Made by a program: the position numbers and the translations under genes. Shown here piece after piece: positions 25,986 through 37,600 of a stretch of 64,000 bases of DNA. Position 1 is the stretch's first letter. Every line of letters starts with the position of its first letter. The DNA is taken from NCBI GenBank assembly GCA_963665295.1, contig OY762209.1:2272001-2336000 (forward strand), written 5' to 3'. Under the pieces are notes generated by a model, which was not told the origin of the DNA, ran no database searches, and saw only the letters and a list, made by a program, of their open reading frames with translations. Source of the stretch: Syntrophorhabdaceae bacterium (lineage in GTDB: Bacteria > Desulfobacterota > Syntrophorhabdia > Syntrophorhabdales > Syntrophorhabdaceae).

Positions 25986-28211
25986 CTATACCGGTACTTT
26001 GTGCAAACCTGTAGCTGCCATGATCCGTTCTCGAAGTCTCGTGTATCGTTTCTGGGGTTTGTTGTTTTTTACTGCTATGGCGAGGGCTTTTCTGGTGCCT
26101 ACGAGGACTACGAGTTTCTTTCCCCTTGTGATGCCCGTGTAGAGGAGGTTCCTTTGGAGGAGCATGTAGTGCTGGGTGAGGACGGGTATGACTACCGCGG
26201 GGTATTCGCTGCCCTGGGATTTATGGACGGATATGGCGTAGGCGTGGACGATCTCGTCGAGGTCGATGAACTCATAGGCGGTCGTTTTTCCATCGTAATC
26301 GACGCTTACTTCCTGTACCTCGTTATCTATCTTCACTACCGTGCCGATATCCCCGTTATACACGTCCTTATCGTAGTTGTTCCTTATCTGCATGACCTTG
26401 TCGCCTACCCTCAGGGTCTTGCCTCCCCTTGTAAGTTCGCTTCCCGACGGGTTTAGCTCTTTTTGCAGTTCCACGTTCAGGTTAGCCACACCGGCCACGC
26501 CCCGGTGCATGGGGGTGAGTACCTGGATATCCCTGACCGGGTCAAGGTGGTACCTGAGGGGGATCGTCTCCTTGCAGAGTTTTATGATCTTCGCAAGGGC
26601 TTCTTCGGGTTCTTCCACGGTGAAGAAATAGAAATCGTGGATATGGTCGTCGTCATGGGTGGTTACGGGCATCTGCCCGCTGTTGATCCTGTGGGCGTTC
26701 ACGATAATCATGCTCCGTCTCGATTGCCTGAATATCTCATTGAGTCTTACCGTGGGCAGGCACTCCGCTTCGATGATGTCCTTGAGGACGTTTCCGGGGC
26801 CGACGGAGGGCAACTGGTCTACGTCACCCACGAGGATGAGGGTCGACTTGACGGGGACGGCCTTGAGAAAATGGTGCATGAGAATGGTATCGACCATGGA
26901 CGTCTCGTCGATGATGATGAGGTCAGCTTCAAGGGGATTGGTCTCATTCTTTTTGAAGCTTCCGCCCGAGGGGCTGAATTCGAGGAGACGGTGGATTGTC
27001 TTCGCTTCCTCGCCCGTGGCTTCCGTCATCCTCTTGGCTGCTCTGCCCGTGGGCGCGGCGAGGAGCGTCTTCTGGCCCATCTTGTGGTAGATCCGTATGA
27101 TCGCATTGATGATGGTGGTTTTGCCCGTGCCCGGGCCGCCGGTTACGATCATTACCTTGCTGTTCACGGATGTCCTCAACGCATCGACCTGCTGGGCCGA
27201 GAGGCCGATGCTCAAGTCCTTTTGGACCCATTCTATGGCCTGATCGAGGTTGATAAGCCTCAATTGCTTTGGAAAATCGACGAGGGTCTTGAGACGGTTC
27301 GCGATGCCCGACTCTGAAACGTGGTACTTGGCAAGGTAGACGGGAACGAGGTCGGCTTCCGGAGGGGGCTGACCCGGCAGGACGGCCTGTTTCTCGATGA
27401 CGATTTTTCTCTCGGAGGCGATCTTTTCGAGGGCCGGGGGAATACTGCCCTCCTCCACTTCGAGGACATCGCCGCACTTTTTGACCAGGGGACCGTAGGG
27501 GTAATAGACATGTCCCTCGTCGGCAAGTTCGTGGAGCACGTAGAGGATACCCGCTTCCGCCCTCATGGGTGAATCCTTGGGCACGCCTATCTTTTCCGCG
27601 ATCCTATCGGCGGTAAGGAACCCGATACCGAAGATATCGGTGGCAAGGCGGTAGGGGTTCTCATTGACGATCTTCACCGATTCTTTTCCATACTGTTTGT
27701 ATATCTTTACCGCATAGGTGGGGCTCACGCCCTGGCCCTGGAGGAATATCATCACGTCGCGGATGTCCTTCTGTTCCTCCCAGGCGGTTTTAATCATTTC
27801 GACCCTTTTTTCGCCTATGCCCTGGACTTCCTGGAGCCGCTCGATGCTCTCCTCTATAATTTCGAGGGTCCCTTCCTTGAATTGGGAGACGAGCCTTTTT
27901 GCCATGACGGGGCCGATGCCCTTGATCATGCCGGAGCCGAGATATTTCTCGATCCCCTTTGCCGTTGCGGGAAGGACGGACTGAAAGGAGACGACCTTGA
28001 ACTGCTCGCCATATCGCGGATGGCTGTCCCAGTATCCGCTCACATGGACCATTTCGCCGGGACTGAGGGAGAACAAGGTCCCTACGATGGTGACAAGGCC
28101 GGCCCTTCCCTGGGCCTTCATCTTGGCGATGGTGTAGCCGTTCTCTTCATTGGCATAGGTGACCCGTTCGATCTGACCTTTGATATCGAGATGGGTCCGT
28201 CCTTTTTCCAT
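25986..28211 (-). CDS. recD2: ATP-dependent RecD-like DNA helicase RecD2
   Basis: HPRYGEQF, HhH GIGP repeats, TGGPGTGKTT, APTGRAAKR, DETSM, GDVDQLPSVG, HKSQGSEY. Confidence 0.95.
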   Translation of the reverse strand: MEKGRTHLDIKGQIERVTYANEENGYTIAKMKAQGRAGLVTIVGTLFSLSPGEMVHVSGYWDSHPRYGEQFKVVSFQSVLPATAKGIEKYLGSGMIKGIGPVMAKRLVSQFKEGTLEIIEESIERLQEVQGIGEKRVEMIKTAWEEQKDIRDVMIFLQGQGVSPTYAVKIYKQYGKESVKIVNENPYRLATDIFGIGFLTADRIAEKIGVPKDSPMRAEAGILYVLHELADEGHVYYPYGPLVKKCGDVLEVEEGSIPPALEKIASERKIVIEKQAVLPGQPPPEADLVPVYLAKYHVSESGIANRLKTLVDFPKQLRLINLDQAIEWVQKDLSIGLSAQQVDALRTSVNSKVMIVTGGPGTGKTTIINAIIRIYHKMGQKTLLAAPTGRAAKRMTEATGEEAKTIHRLLEFSPSGGSFKKNETNPLEADLIIIDETSMVDTILMHHFLKAVPVKSTLILVGDVDQLPSVGPGNVLKDIIEAECLPTVRLNEIFRQSRRSMIIVNAHRINSGQMPVTTHDDDHIHDFYFFTVEEPEEALAKIIKLCKETIPLRYHLDPVRDIQVLTPMHRGVAGVANLNVELQKELNPSGSELTRGGKTLRVGDKVMQIRNNYDKDVYNGDIGTVVKIDNEVQEVSVDYDGKTTAYEFIDLDEIVHAYAISVHKSQGSEYPAVVIPVLTQHYMLLQRNLLYTGITRGKKLVVLVGTRKALAIAVKNNKPQKRYTRLRERIMAATGLHKVPV

Positions 28212-28502
28212 ACATAATAGTATCTCAATTTACGGACCAATTGAAAGTCTAATCGGGCGTTAGAAAGAGGGGAGAAGAAGGGGGCAGCGGCCTGTTTACG
28301 CCTGTTGGATCCTTTACTTAAGCCGATGTGGTAAATTCATAAAGATCGTTAGTGCCCTTTCGCTCAGAAAAGTGGTATACTATAGTTACGGTCGATCTCA
28401 GCTTCGTTGCTCCGCAGCTACTCGCGGGTCGGCTGATACGAAATACAATCGCCTTTCGACTCCGGACTGATTAACCGCTAAACCTTCTTAGAGGAGTGAC
28501 TG

Positions 28503-28871
28503 ATGTCAAACGTAGCAGAGTTTATTGAAATAAGAGAGAACATAGAGGCACTGGCCAGGCAGATTACCACGTGTCTCGAACAGGTTGTAGTTCAGGATGC
28601 GAGGCAGCATCTCGAAGAAGCAAACAAGCAGTTGGAGGTACTCAAGGGCATGGTCGACAATGATGTTCAGGTGATTGTGTCCGGCCGCCTTTCAAGGCAA
28701 CTGGCGAGCCTGGGAGCCAAGGTCGAAACCATGGCGACGAAGAGGCCGGCCAGAAAGACCCCGGCGGCAACGAAATCGACGGGCGCAAAGACAGCGGGAA
28801 AGAAGTTGAAAACGCCTGCCAAGCCTGCCAGCACGGAGCCTCCCGAGATAGTGGTGTTCGAGCGTCCCTAA
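28503..28871 (+). CDS. Hypothetical protein (helical N-terminus, Lys/Ala/Pro-rich tail)
   Basis: 122-aa ORF with GAGGAG SD. Confidence 0.7.
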   Translation: MSNVAEFIEIRENIEALARQITTCLEQVVVQDARQHLEEANKQLEVLKGMVDNDVQVIVSGRLSRQLASLGAKVETMATKRPARKTPAATKSTGAKTAGKKLKTPAKPASTEPPEIVVFERP

Positions 28872-29096
28872 GGTGCAACGAGGCAGGTGAAGCCTCCCTG
28901 CCTGCCATACCTTCATGCTGAGTTTCGTGCTGCGCGCACGGATTCGTGTATTGTTATTTTCTGCTCCTTACGCTACAATAATTATTGTATATGGGGTATT
29001 CGCTCCTGGTGCTGATAAAAATGGGACGCGGCATCTTTTGGCAGGGTTACTCCCAGCCGTGACCCGGTCGTTTACCCTGTTACCATAAACCGGAAG

Positions 29097-31232
29097 ATGA
29101 TCAGACTTAACGATATCGTTGAAGAAATATTAAGATATAACCCCAACGCCGACATACCTATGGTGGAGAAGGCGTATATATTTTCCGCCAAGGCCCATAA
29201 GGGCCAGACGAGGCTGTCGGGAGAGCCCTATCTCATCCATCCCCTGGAAGTTGCCTACACCCTGACGAGAATGAACCTCGACGTGCCGAGCGTGGTCTCC
29301 GGGCTTCTCCACGATACCATCGAAGATTCCTATGTGAGCAAGAAGGAGATCGCGGAGTACTTCGGGAAAGAGATTGCGGAGCTTGTGGACGGGGTGACCA
29401 AGATCAGCAAGATCCAGATGATGACCTCGGAGGACACGAGGGTAGAGAGCTACAGGAAGATGATCCTCGCCATGAGCAAGGATATAAGGGTAATCCTCGT
29501 AAAGCTGGCCGACCGTTACCATAACATGAAGACCCTCAACTTTCTTTCCCGCGAGAAGCAGGTGGAGATCGCGAGGGAGACCCTTGACATCTATGCGCCT
29601 CTTGCCCACAGACTGGGTATAGAGTGGCTCAAAGGGGAACTGGAGGATGAGTCGTTCAAGTACCTCAAGCCCGTGGAATTCGATGTCATAAAAGAAAAGA
29701 TCGCCAAGAAGAAGAGAGAGCGGGACGCATACATCAGCGAGGTGAAGGAACTCATACGGACGAGGCTCGCCGAGGTAGGGGTAAAGGCGGATGTTTCGGG
29801 ACGGGCAAAGAGACTTTACAGCATCTACAAGAAGATGATCCTCGAAGGGGTAAACATCGACGATATCTACGATATTACCGCCTTTCGGATTATGCTCGAT
29901 TCGGTAAACGAGTGTTATGAGACCCTGGGATACGTACACGCGTTCTTCAAGCCCATTCCGGGGAAATTTAACGATTATATAGCCCTTCCCAAGGCAAACA
30001 TGTACCAATCCCTTCATACCAAGGTCGTGGGACCCTACGGAGAAAAGATAGAGATCCAGATAAGGACCCACGAAATGCACAGGCTGGCGGAAGAAGGCAT
30101 CGCGGCCCACTGGAAGTATAAGGAAGGGAAGGTCTTTAACGCGAAAGAGGACAAGATCTTCGCGTGGCTCCGAAGGATCATAGAATGGCAGCAGGAGTTG
30201 AAGGACAGCAAGGAGTTCATGGAGATCTTCAAGATCGATCTCTTCCCCGACGAGGTCTACGTGTTCACCCCGAAGGGCGACGTGAGGGAACTCCCGAGAG
30301 GGGCGACCCCCGTTGATTTTGCCTACGCGATCCACTCCGACCTGGGCCACAAGTGCGTGGGCGCAAAGGTGAACGGCAAACTCGTGCCCCTTCGCTACGT
30401 GCTCAAGAGCGGTGACATAATAGAGATCCAGACCAACCCGACACACAAACCGAGCAAGGACTGGCTGGGCTTTGTGGCCACATCCAAAGCGAAAACGAAA
30501 ATCAGGCAGTGGATAAAGACGGAGCAAAGGGAAAGGAGCATTGAGCTGGGCCGGACCCTTATCGACAAGGAACTCGTGAAGCACGATATGAGCTTTACGA
30601 AGATGATGAAGTCGGGTGACCTCCTTACCATCGCCAAGGAATACAGCTTTGAGACTGAGGAAGACCTTTTCGCGAGTGTAGGTTATGGGCTCTACACGCC
30701 CCTTACCGTGCTCGGCAAGATCATACCGGAAAGCGAGAAACCGAGTAAACTGAAGAGCATCATCAGCACGATCAAGAGGAACCGTGACACTTCGATCAAG
30801 ATCGAAGGCGTTGACGGGCTCGTGGTGAAGCTCGCCCACTGCTGCAATCCCATCCCCGGAGACAAAATCTTCGGTTTCATTACCAGGGGCCGCGGTCTCA
30901 CGGTGCACGTGGACGACTGTCCGAATGTCCATACCTTCGATGACCAGAGGAAGGTGGAGGTATCATGGGAACTCAACAAGGACCTCACATACCCTGTGAA
31001 GCTCCGCATACTGGGGGACGACAGGAAGGGTCTCCTCACTGAAATAAGCAGTATCATGTCGTCTTCGAAGATAAATATCCGGAGCGCCAAGGCCATGTCC
31101 TATCCGGACAGGTCGGCGGCGGCCCTTTACGAAATTGACGTGGGTCACATGTCTCAACTTCAGAAGTTAATGAAATCAATACAGAAAATCAAGGGTATAA
31201 GGACGGTAGAGAGGCTTAGGGGAACAGTGTAG
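29097..31232 (+). CDS. rel: Bifunctional (p)ppGpp synthetase/hydrolase Rel/SpoT
   Basis: HD domain (LLHDTIED), VKLADR, YQSLHT, EIQIRT, TGS domain, CCNPIPGD, ACT domain. Confidence 0.96.
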   Translation: MIRLNDIVEEILRYNPNADIPMVEKAYIFSAKAHKGQTRLSGEPYLIHPLEVAYTLTRMNLDVPSVVSGLLHDTIEDSYVSKKEIAEYFGKEIAELVDGVTKISKIQMMTSEDTRVESYRKMILAMSKDIRVILVKLADRYHNMKTLNFLSREKQVEIARETLDIYAPLAHRLGIEWLKGELEDESFKYLKPVEFDVIKEKIAKKKRERDAYISEVKELIRTRLAEVGVKADVSGRAKRLYSIYKKMILEGVNIDDIYDITAFRIMLDSVNECYETLGYVHAFFKPIPGKFNDYIALPKANMYQSLHTKVVGPYGEKIEIQIRTHEMHRLAEEGIAAHWKYKEGKVFNAKEDKIFAWLRRIIEWQQELKDSKEFMEIFKIDLFPDEVYVFTPKGDVRELPRGATPVDFAYAIHSDLGHKCVGAKVNGKLVPLRYVLKSGDIIEIQTNPTHKPSKDWLGFVATSKAKTKIRQWIKTEQRERSIELGRTLIDKELVKHDMSFTKMMKSGDLLTIAKEYSFETEEDLFASVGYGLYTPLTVLGKIIPESEKPSKLKSIISTIKRNRDTSIKIEGVDGLVVKLAHCCNPIPGDKIFGFITRGRGLTVHVDDCPNVHTFDDQRKVEVSWELNKDLTYPVKLRILGDDRKGLLTEISSIMSSSKINIRSAKAMSYPDRSAAALYEIDVGHMSQLQKLMKSIQKIKGIRTVERLRGTV

Positions 31233-31348
31233 GTCCCATGCGGCCCGCCTCCATACCATTACAACGGGGGCGAGACCGGGAAAGCCGAAAACTCCTTTCA
31301 AAGGGGAATTTTGCCTTTTTACTTCAGAGGCTGCCCCGAACACATAAA

Positions 31349-31371
31349 GGACGCCCCTTTGACGGGCGTCC
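31349..31371. terminator. Hairpin between convergent rel and rpmB
   Basis: GGACGCCC-N7-GGGCGTCC stem with a short T run on the minus strand. Confidence 0.6.
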
Positions 31372-31412
31372 CATGTTATCGATGAAGGTGTGTGAACGAA
31401 GGCGGTGAGGAA

Positions 31413-31604
31413 TCAGACTGCTTTCTGGAAGTTGCCCTTCTTGATGCACTTGGTGCACATTCTTGTCTTCTTCACTACGCCGTCTTTTACTATCCGAACG
31501 CTCTGCAAATTAGGGAGCCACTCCCTTTTTGTCTTGTTGTGTGCATGGCTTACATTACATCCGACCTGTTTTCCCTTACCGCATATCTCGCAAACTCTTG
31601 CCAT
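31413..31604 (-). CDS. rpmB: 50S ribosomal protein L28
   Basis: [10 protein letters not shown]...[11 protein letters not shown]...PNLQ...CTKC. Confidence 0.97.
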   Translation of the reverse strand: MARVCEICGKGKQVGCNVSHAHNKTKREWLPNLQSVRIVKDGVVKKTRMCTKCIKKGNFQKAV

Positions 31605-31684
31605 TCGTGCCTCCCTTTCCTGTTGCTGAAGGATGAATTCTACCCGTATTCACGCCGAAAGTCAACATGTTTTCGCGGGTCCCC

Positions 31685-33592
31685 TTACGGCAGTGCCCCT
31701 TCGCCTGATAGTGTGGCGGTCCTTGGCGAGTCCGGGTCATCCGCTGAAGAGACGGACAGGACGGCGGTTTTCGCCCCCGCGCTGGTGGGCGCAAAGACTA
31801 CCTGGATCGTGCAGGACTTTCCCGCACCCAGTGTCTGACCCGTACACTTGTCCTTGGCCGGGTTGATGAGGAACTGGTCGGCATTTGTGCCGGTCAGTTC
31901 GATGGAGTCTATGGAAAGGGGTTGCTTCCCGTAGGTGGTAAGGTCCTTTAATGTGAAGGTGGCCGACGATGTCTTGGTGGTCTTGGTCTTTGAATACTTC
32001 TTCGTCGCCGGGGTAAGGGACAGGGTGGCAAGGCTGGTGAAGTTGGCGGTGACGGTGATGTCCGACACCATGCTCACCGTGCATGACCCTTTTCCTTCAC
32101 ATACGCCCGGACTGACGGTCCAGCCCGTAAAGACGGAATTTGTGGCTGCCTTGGCCTTGAGCGTCACCTTCTTGTCCTCGGGGTAGCGCGCCGACCCTTC
32201 GGGCCATTCGTCGGAAGGGCACATTTCCGGAGCACAATACGTGGTGCAGCCGACCCCTTTCGGACTCGTGGTTACGGTCCCCGTGCCCCCTCCTCCCGCA
32301 TTGGCGATATTCACCTGGAGAAGCGGGTAATTTCCCCGGACGGGCCACACATGGAGGCGGCCGGAGCCCTTGGACAAGGATATGATGTCGCCGAAGGTCA
32401 TGTCCACGATCTTTGCCGCCCCCGGGTTTTTCAGGGAGGTGGTGGATGACCAGTGCCCCGCGGCCTGGGGGTAAAGACCCACCGGGTCCGTCTCGACGAT
32501 CACATTCTGGAAAGGTTGGTCCGCTTCGAGGGCGGGGGTATTCGGGGCCACAGAACGGTCGATGAGGCTCGCAAGTTCATTCTTGTTGGGAAGACGCCAA
32601 TCCCGGTACCCGAGCCACGGGTCCGTCGCCGAGTTCAGACAGATTTTCACGAAATCCAGGGCCTGTTGCCATGACTTGAAAACGCCCCGCGAGGTGGCGG
32701 GATCGTTGGCGCACAGTTCCGGGTCGATTGCGCTGTCGCCGGGCCCCGCTGTAGCCGCGTCCGTCGTCCACATGAGGTTGGTGAAGAGGTCGGTTATTGT
32801 CCCGTCGGGAGTCACGTTGTCAGAGGACAGATTGACATAATACCGGGGGATCGGCCACGAGGCGCCCGCGAGCCACTCGGCGTCCTGACCGCTGCCGTTG
32901 CACGTGACGAGTTGCGCGTTGGAGGCATCGTAACAGAGTTCCTGACCTGTCTGGGCCACCCGCGCGAGCGCGCTGGAATCGGTGTTTCCTCTGACCGGCC
33001 AGACGCAGTAATTGCTGAGCTTGTTGATATTGTACTGGGTGCCGTCCCTCATGTCCATTCCCCACGCCGCGGGGTTGATGGTGTCGTCATTGATGTAAGA
33101 GGTGGACGAGAAGAAGAAGTAGGTGGAAGGCATTGCGAATGTGCCCGCAAGCCACGCATAAAGGTCGTTCGCGGTGGTGCTGGCAAGGCTTTCGAGTTCA
33201 TTCACGTTTGCGGCTCGCCAGTCGGTCTTTCCGCAATAGGTTAATGTGTTTACCGCGTTGATGGCGTCATTCCAGTCGGAGGAGCATATCTGTTTGGCAT
33301 TGCCCGCCCATATGAGGCGGGTCAGCCGATCGGTAAAGGCGCAACCGTCGAAGCTGACGGAAAACCTTGGAGAGGGCATGGGAACGCCCACCTGAAATTC
33401 AGCGTCCTGTCCCGTGCCCTGGCAGCTTTTGAGTTTGGTGCCCGCGAAATCGTAACAGTATTTCTGGCCGGTAACAGGGAGACTGATCTCCTCGGCCGAC
33501 ACCGGGCCCGTAAAAACGGCCACGGTCAGAAATACCAGCAAGGATGCAGCGTATGCAACCTTACCTGCCACGCCCCAAGTAAGTGTCGTCAT
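31685..33592 (-). CDS. Secreted protein with two DUF1566 (Lcl) domains, an InlB-B-like repeat and a C-terminal ASH/Ig-like domain
   Basis: Signal peptide; two TGQ..CYD...GQDAE units; D..T.L.W, DWRLPNKNEL.SL, VWPVRG; SCTIQVVFAPTSAGAKTA. Confidence 0.82.
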   Translation of the reverse strand: MTTLTWGVAGKVAYAASLLVFLTVAVFTGPVSAEEISLPVTGQKYCYDFAGTKLKSCQGTGQDAEFQVGVPMPSPRFSVSFDGCAFTDRLTRLIWAGNAKQICSSDWNDAINAVNTLTYCGKTDWRAANVNELESLASTTANDLYAWLAGTFAMPSTYFFFSSTSYINDDTINPAAWGMDMRDGTQYNINKLSNYCVWPVRGNTDSSALARVAQTGQELCYDASNAQLVTCNGSGQDAEWLAGASWPIPRYYVNLSSDNVTPDGTITDLFTNLMWTTDAATAGPGDSAIDPELCANDPATSRGVFKSWQQALDFVKICLNSATDPWLGYRDWRLPNKNELASLIDRSVAPNTPALEADQPFQNVIVETDPVGLYPQAAGHWSSTTSLKNPGAAKIVDMTFGDIISLSKGSGRLHVWPVRGNYPLLQVNIANAGGGGTGTVTTSPKGVGCTTYCAPEMCPSDEWPEGSARYPEDKKVTLKAKAATNSVFTGWTVSPGVCEGKGSCTVSMVSDITVTANFTSLATLSLTPATKKYSKTKTTKTSSATFTLKDLTTYGKQPLSIDSIELTGTNADQFLINPAKDKCTGQTLGAGKSCTIQVVFAPTSAGAKTAVLSVSSADDPDSPRTATLSGEGALP

Positions 33593-33712
33593 TGGTACCT
33601 CCCAGTCCGCTTTTGTTGGCGCGGACTATAGAACCTATTATATATCTAATGTCCGACGATATCAAATGCCCCCTTTTACCGTTGGGCCGGGCCTTTCCGG
33701 GCGTCAAAAAAA

Positions 33713-33741
33713 TTGACACCCGTCCTGCTTTCTAATATCCT
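33713..33741 (+). promoter_or_regulatory. Sigma70-type promoter of plsY (probably leaderless)
   Basis: TTGACA-N17-TATCCT lies 6 nt before the ATG, and there is no SD. Confidence 0.6.
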
Positions 33742-33747
33742 TAAGGC

Positions 33748-34347
33748 ATGGGTTCCGTTGCTCTCGTTGTCGTCGCCTACCTGATCGGTTCAATACCCGT
33801 GGGAATCCTCCTTTCGAAACTGAAAGGCAAGGACCCGAGACAGGTGGGAAGTGGGAACATAGGGGCAACCAACGTCATGAGGACCGCAGGGAAGGCCCTT
33901 GGTGTGATCACTCTCCTGGGAGACATGCTGAAGGGGTTTCTACCCGTAATGTTTGCCCTTCACACAGGCTTCCCCGAATATATGGTGGTCATGGCAGGTA
34001 TCGCCGCCTTCATCGGTCACCTCTTTCCCTTGTTTCTCGGATTCAAAGGCGGTAAAGGCGTTGCCACTGCCTTGGGTGTATACCTCGCCCTGAACCCTCT
34101 CGCGGTGCTTGGGTGCATTGTCGTGTTTGTCGCCGTTTTGTTAAAATGGAGATATGTGTCGGCGGGCTCCCTCGCGGGGACTCTCTTCATGCCCGTCATC
34201 CTCTACCTGCTCAAGGCCCCGGAAATGTACATCTATGTCTCACTCGTGATAGGCGGTATGATTGTCCTGAAGCATCTCGGTAACATAAAGAGGCTCATAG
34301 CGGGTACGGAGCACAAGCTGGACTCGTCAAGGGCAAAAAACCGTTGA
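33748..34347 (+). CDS. plsY: Glycerol-3-phosphate acyltransferase PlsY
   Basis: YLIGSIP, GSGNIGATNVMR, FKGGKGVATA, KHLGNIKRL. Confidence 0.96.
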   Translation: MGSVALVVVAYLIGSIPVGILLSKLKGKDPRQVGSGNIGATNVMRTAGKALGVITLLGDMLKGFLPVMFALHTGFPEYMVVMAGIAAFIGHLFPLFLGFKGGKGVATALGVYLALNPLAVLGCIVVFVAVLLKWRYVSAGSLAGTLFMPVILYLLKAPEMYIYVSLVIGGMIVLKHLGNIKRLIAGTEHKLDSSRAKNR

Positions 34348-34619
34348 CTTGAGGCACATGTTGGAGTAGCTATTAAGCACACCACATCACGCGGTACCGG
34401 CCTCCGCAACCCGGCGGGAGAGAATTCGTTGGGAACAGTCGCGGACGGCCCGGCACGGACATCGAGGGTTTTGACATCATTGTGGTCGGCAGGGAGCCGG
34501 GGCGTGAGAATAATGGCGGTCCCTCCATACCGGCAGGCGCATGGAGTGAATCCGAAGAAAGATTTGACTGACCGCACGATAAAACGAAACAACTCACAAT
34601 AAGATAAGAAGGAGGAATC

Positions 34620-37600
34620 ATGTCGTACCGGAAAGGCATTATCCTGCATCTTTCACTCGGCTTAATCCTGTTTTCCCTGATCCTGATCTCCCCTGCCCAC
34701 TCGACGCCCCTCGATGCCAAGGCGAAATTCGTGAAGTTTCAGCAGATGCAGAACGCCCTCGCCGCGGAATCCGTGCCTGCGAAAGTCAGGAGTATTCAGG
34801 CGGCCCTTGCCCCAAAGAGCGCCGCGAAGCCGGCAAAGGGAAAAGCGGCAATCGCCGCGGGGTCCCGGACAAAGCTGATGGTTGCCGGGAAAGCGCAGGC
34901 GGCCCGGACAAAGACTTCCGGCGATCCCCTTGACGACTGGGCGTGGAGTAATCCCACTCCCACGGGCAACAGGTTCTCCGACATTACCTACGGCAACGGC
35001 GTCTACGTGGCGGTGGGCGCCTATGGGACCATCTTCACTTCCACGGACGGGAAAGCCTGGACACAAAAGGTCTCGGGGACTACGGGAGACCTTTTCGGGG
35101 TGGCTTACAGCGGGGGTGTCTTCGTCGCGGTGGGATACTCTACCATCCCTGAAGCGACTGAATTTACAGTCATTATCCTCAAATCTCCGGACGGCGCCAC
35201 ATGGACGCCCGTCGATTTGGGGATGACGGGGAACCTCTACGGCGTGACCTACGCCGATAATAAATTCGTCGCGGTGGGGTTCGGCGGCGATCTGTACTCA
35301 GGCATTATCCTTACCTCTCCGGACGGGTCCTCATGGGAACCTGTGGACACTTCGGCCTTTTCCGCGCAGCTCTGGGACGTAATCTACGGCAATAACACCT
35401 TCGTCGCGGTAGGATTCGACCAGGACTACGGTACGAGCGCGGTCCTCACCTCCCCTGATGGCGTGACGTGGAGCCAATCGGATACGACGGACCTCCTCTC
35501 CACCCTCGTGGGGGTCACCTATGGGGACGGCACTTTCGTGGCGGTGGGAGTTGACATCGACACCGAATCGGGAGCCATGACAGGCGCGGTCCTCACGTCC
35601 GTCGATAACGGTGTGACCTGGACTTCCCGTGACCCGAAGATGACGGGTGCACTCGGCGCAGTGGCTTACGGCAACGGCAGCTTTGTGAGCGTGGGATATG
35701 ACGGCAGTTCGGGCGCCGGCGTCATCTTCACCTCATCCAACGGGACAATTTGGACCAGGAAGGCAGCGGGGACTCCACCGAGCCTGAATGGAGTGGCGTA
35801 CGTGAACAACGGTTTTGTGGCAGTGGGTTCTTCAGGTGCCATTGTGACCTCTCCCAACGGGAGCGCGTGGACCGCAAGGAGTTCCGTGGTGACCGCGGCC
35901 ACACTCTACGATGTGGCATACGGCAACGGCGCCTTTGTCGCGGTAGGATACGGCGGCGCTATTGCGACTTCTCCCGACGGTGCGACATGGACCAAAAGGA
36001 CTTCGGGGACGACCTACCCCCTTTACCATGTGGCATACGGCAACGGCTCCTTCATGGCGGTGGGATATTATTATGATGAAGAGCAGGGGATCACCACGGG
36101 CAATGTCATCCTCACTTCCACCGATGGGGCGGCATGGACGAAGAAGAGTCCGGCGGGAGTGGAGGGTTACTCGTTCCTGAGCGTAGGGTTCGGCAACAAT
36201 ACTTTCGTGGTAACGGGTTTTGACACGAACAACTGGGCCGACGTAATTCTTACCTATAACGGGACAACGTGGACCCAGAACACCACCGAGACGGTGTCCT
36301 TCTTCTACGGTGTCGCATACGGCAACGACACCTTCGTCATTACGGGGGAAGGGGGCATCATCATGACTTCACCTGACGGAGCGGCCTGGACCCTGCAGGA
36401 CTACATTGTAGGCTCCACCCTCTACGGAGTCACCTTCGACAACGGCGTATTTATGGTAGTGGGAGACGTAAACGCCATCCTTACCTCCACAGACGGGACG
36501 GACTGGACGGATTTGACCCCAATGGACCTCATCGACCTGTGGACGCTCCGCAGCGTGGCCTATGACGCGGGCAATGATGCCTGGGTTGTGGTGGGTGCCT
36601 ACCTCGATTGGGAATCCCTGCAGTGGTCGGGCGCAATAATCCTTACCTCCGCCGATGGCGGGGCCACTTGGGTCAGCCGCGACCCCGAGTCTACCCTCGC
36701 GTTGCTCGGTGTGGCCTACGGGGCCAATTCCTTTGTCGCGACGGGCGGGCACGGTATGATCCGCCGGTCCTCTCAGCCTGTCTTCTATTCCCTTAACCTC
36801 AACAGGTCCGGCACGGGTTCAGGGGTGGTGACGAGCAACCCCACGGGTATCGATTGCGGGAGCGCCTGCTCGGCCTCTTTCGCCGGGGAGACCACCGTAA
36901 CCCTCACTGCGGTCCCTTCCGCGGGTTCGGTTTTCAAGTCCTGGTCCGGCTGCACCTCGTCGGGCAACAAGTGTACCGTGGTCATGAATAACGCGAAAAC
37001 AGTGACCGCCGCATTCGCCGTTGCAAACCCGGTGAAGCTTACCGTGTCCAAGGTCAAACAGGCCAGCGGCGACGGCGCCGTCACGAGTTCTCCCGCGGGT
37101 ATCGATTGCGGCAAGACCTGCTCCGGGCTTTACGCCCCGGGCACGTCGGTCACCCTCTCAGCTGCCGTCTCATCCCTTTCAACTTTTGGGGGATGGTCCC
37201 TTCCTTCCTGCGGCGGCACAGGTGCCTGCACGTTTACCATGGATAAGGCTCAGACCGTGAAAGCCACCTTCATCGGGCCCCAGGTCCTTACGGTGACGAA
37301 CACGTCGGCGAGCAAGGGCAAGGGAACCATCATGACCGATTCAGGCAATATTGCCTGCGAGAGGGGGACCTGCAAGGGGTCCTTCCTTTACAATACAGTG
37401 GTAACCCTCACTGCCGCGGCTGATTCCGGATCCAACTCGGTCTTTGCGGGATGGTCCGGCTGTACGACCCAATCGCCCACCACCTGCACGGTCACCATGG
37501 ACAAGGCACAGTCGGTAAAGGGGACCTTCACGGGACCCCAGACCTTGACAGTCGCGAACTCGTCAGTGAACAGGGGTACGGGGACAGTGACGAGCAACCC

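Noticed and set aside
16896..28211. OLD nuclease + RecD2 helicase as a Gabija-like pair
   Set aside because: recD2 is 7 kb away, on the opposite strand, has core-like composition and is not a UvrD/GajB protein.
29130..30932. Long antisense ORFs (600 aa opposite rel; likewise 56479-57819 and 26463-27317)
   Set aside because: These are shadow ORFs of GC-rich, codon-biased genes and carry no protein motifs.
31270..31330. Possible c-di-GMP-I riboswitch on the minus strand (GGCAAA...GAAA)
   Set aside because: It lacks the GACGCAAA junction and P3 stem, and lies between convergent 3' ends.
31685..33592. DUF1566 protein as a diversity-generating retroelement target
   Set aside because: No reverse transcriptase, Avd or adenine-variable template repeat was seen in this window.
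34350..34615. Long leader before the beta-propeller gene as a riboswitch/ncRNA
   Set aside because: I could not match it to any known RNA motif by eye; an Rfam/Infernal scan would be needed.
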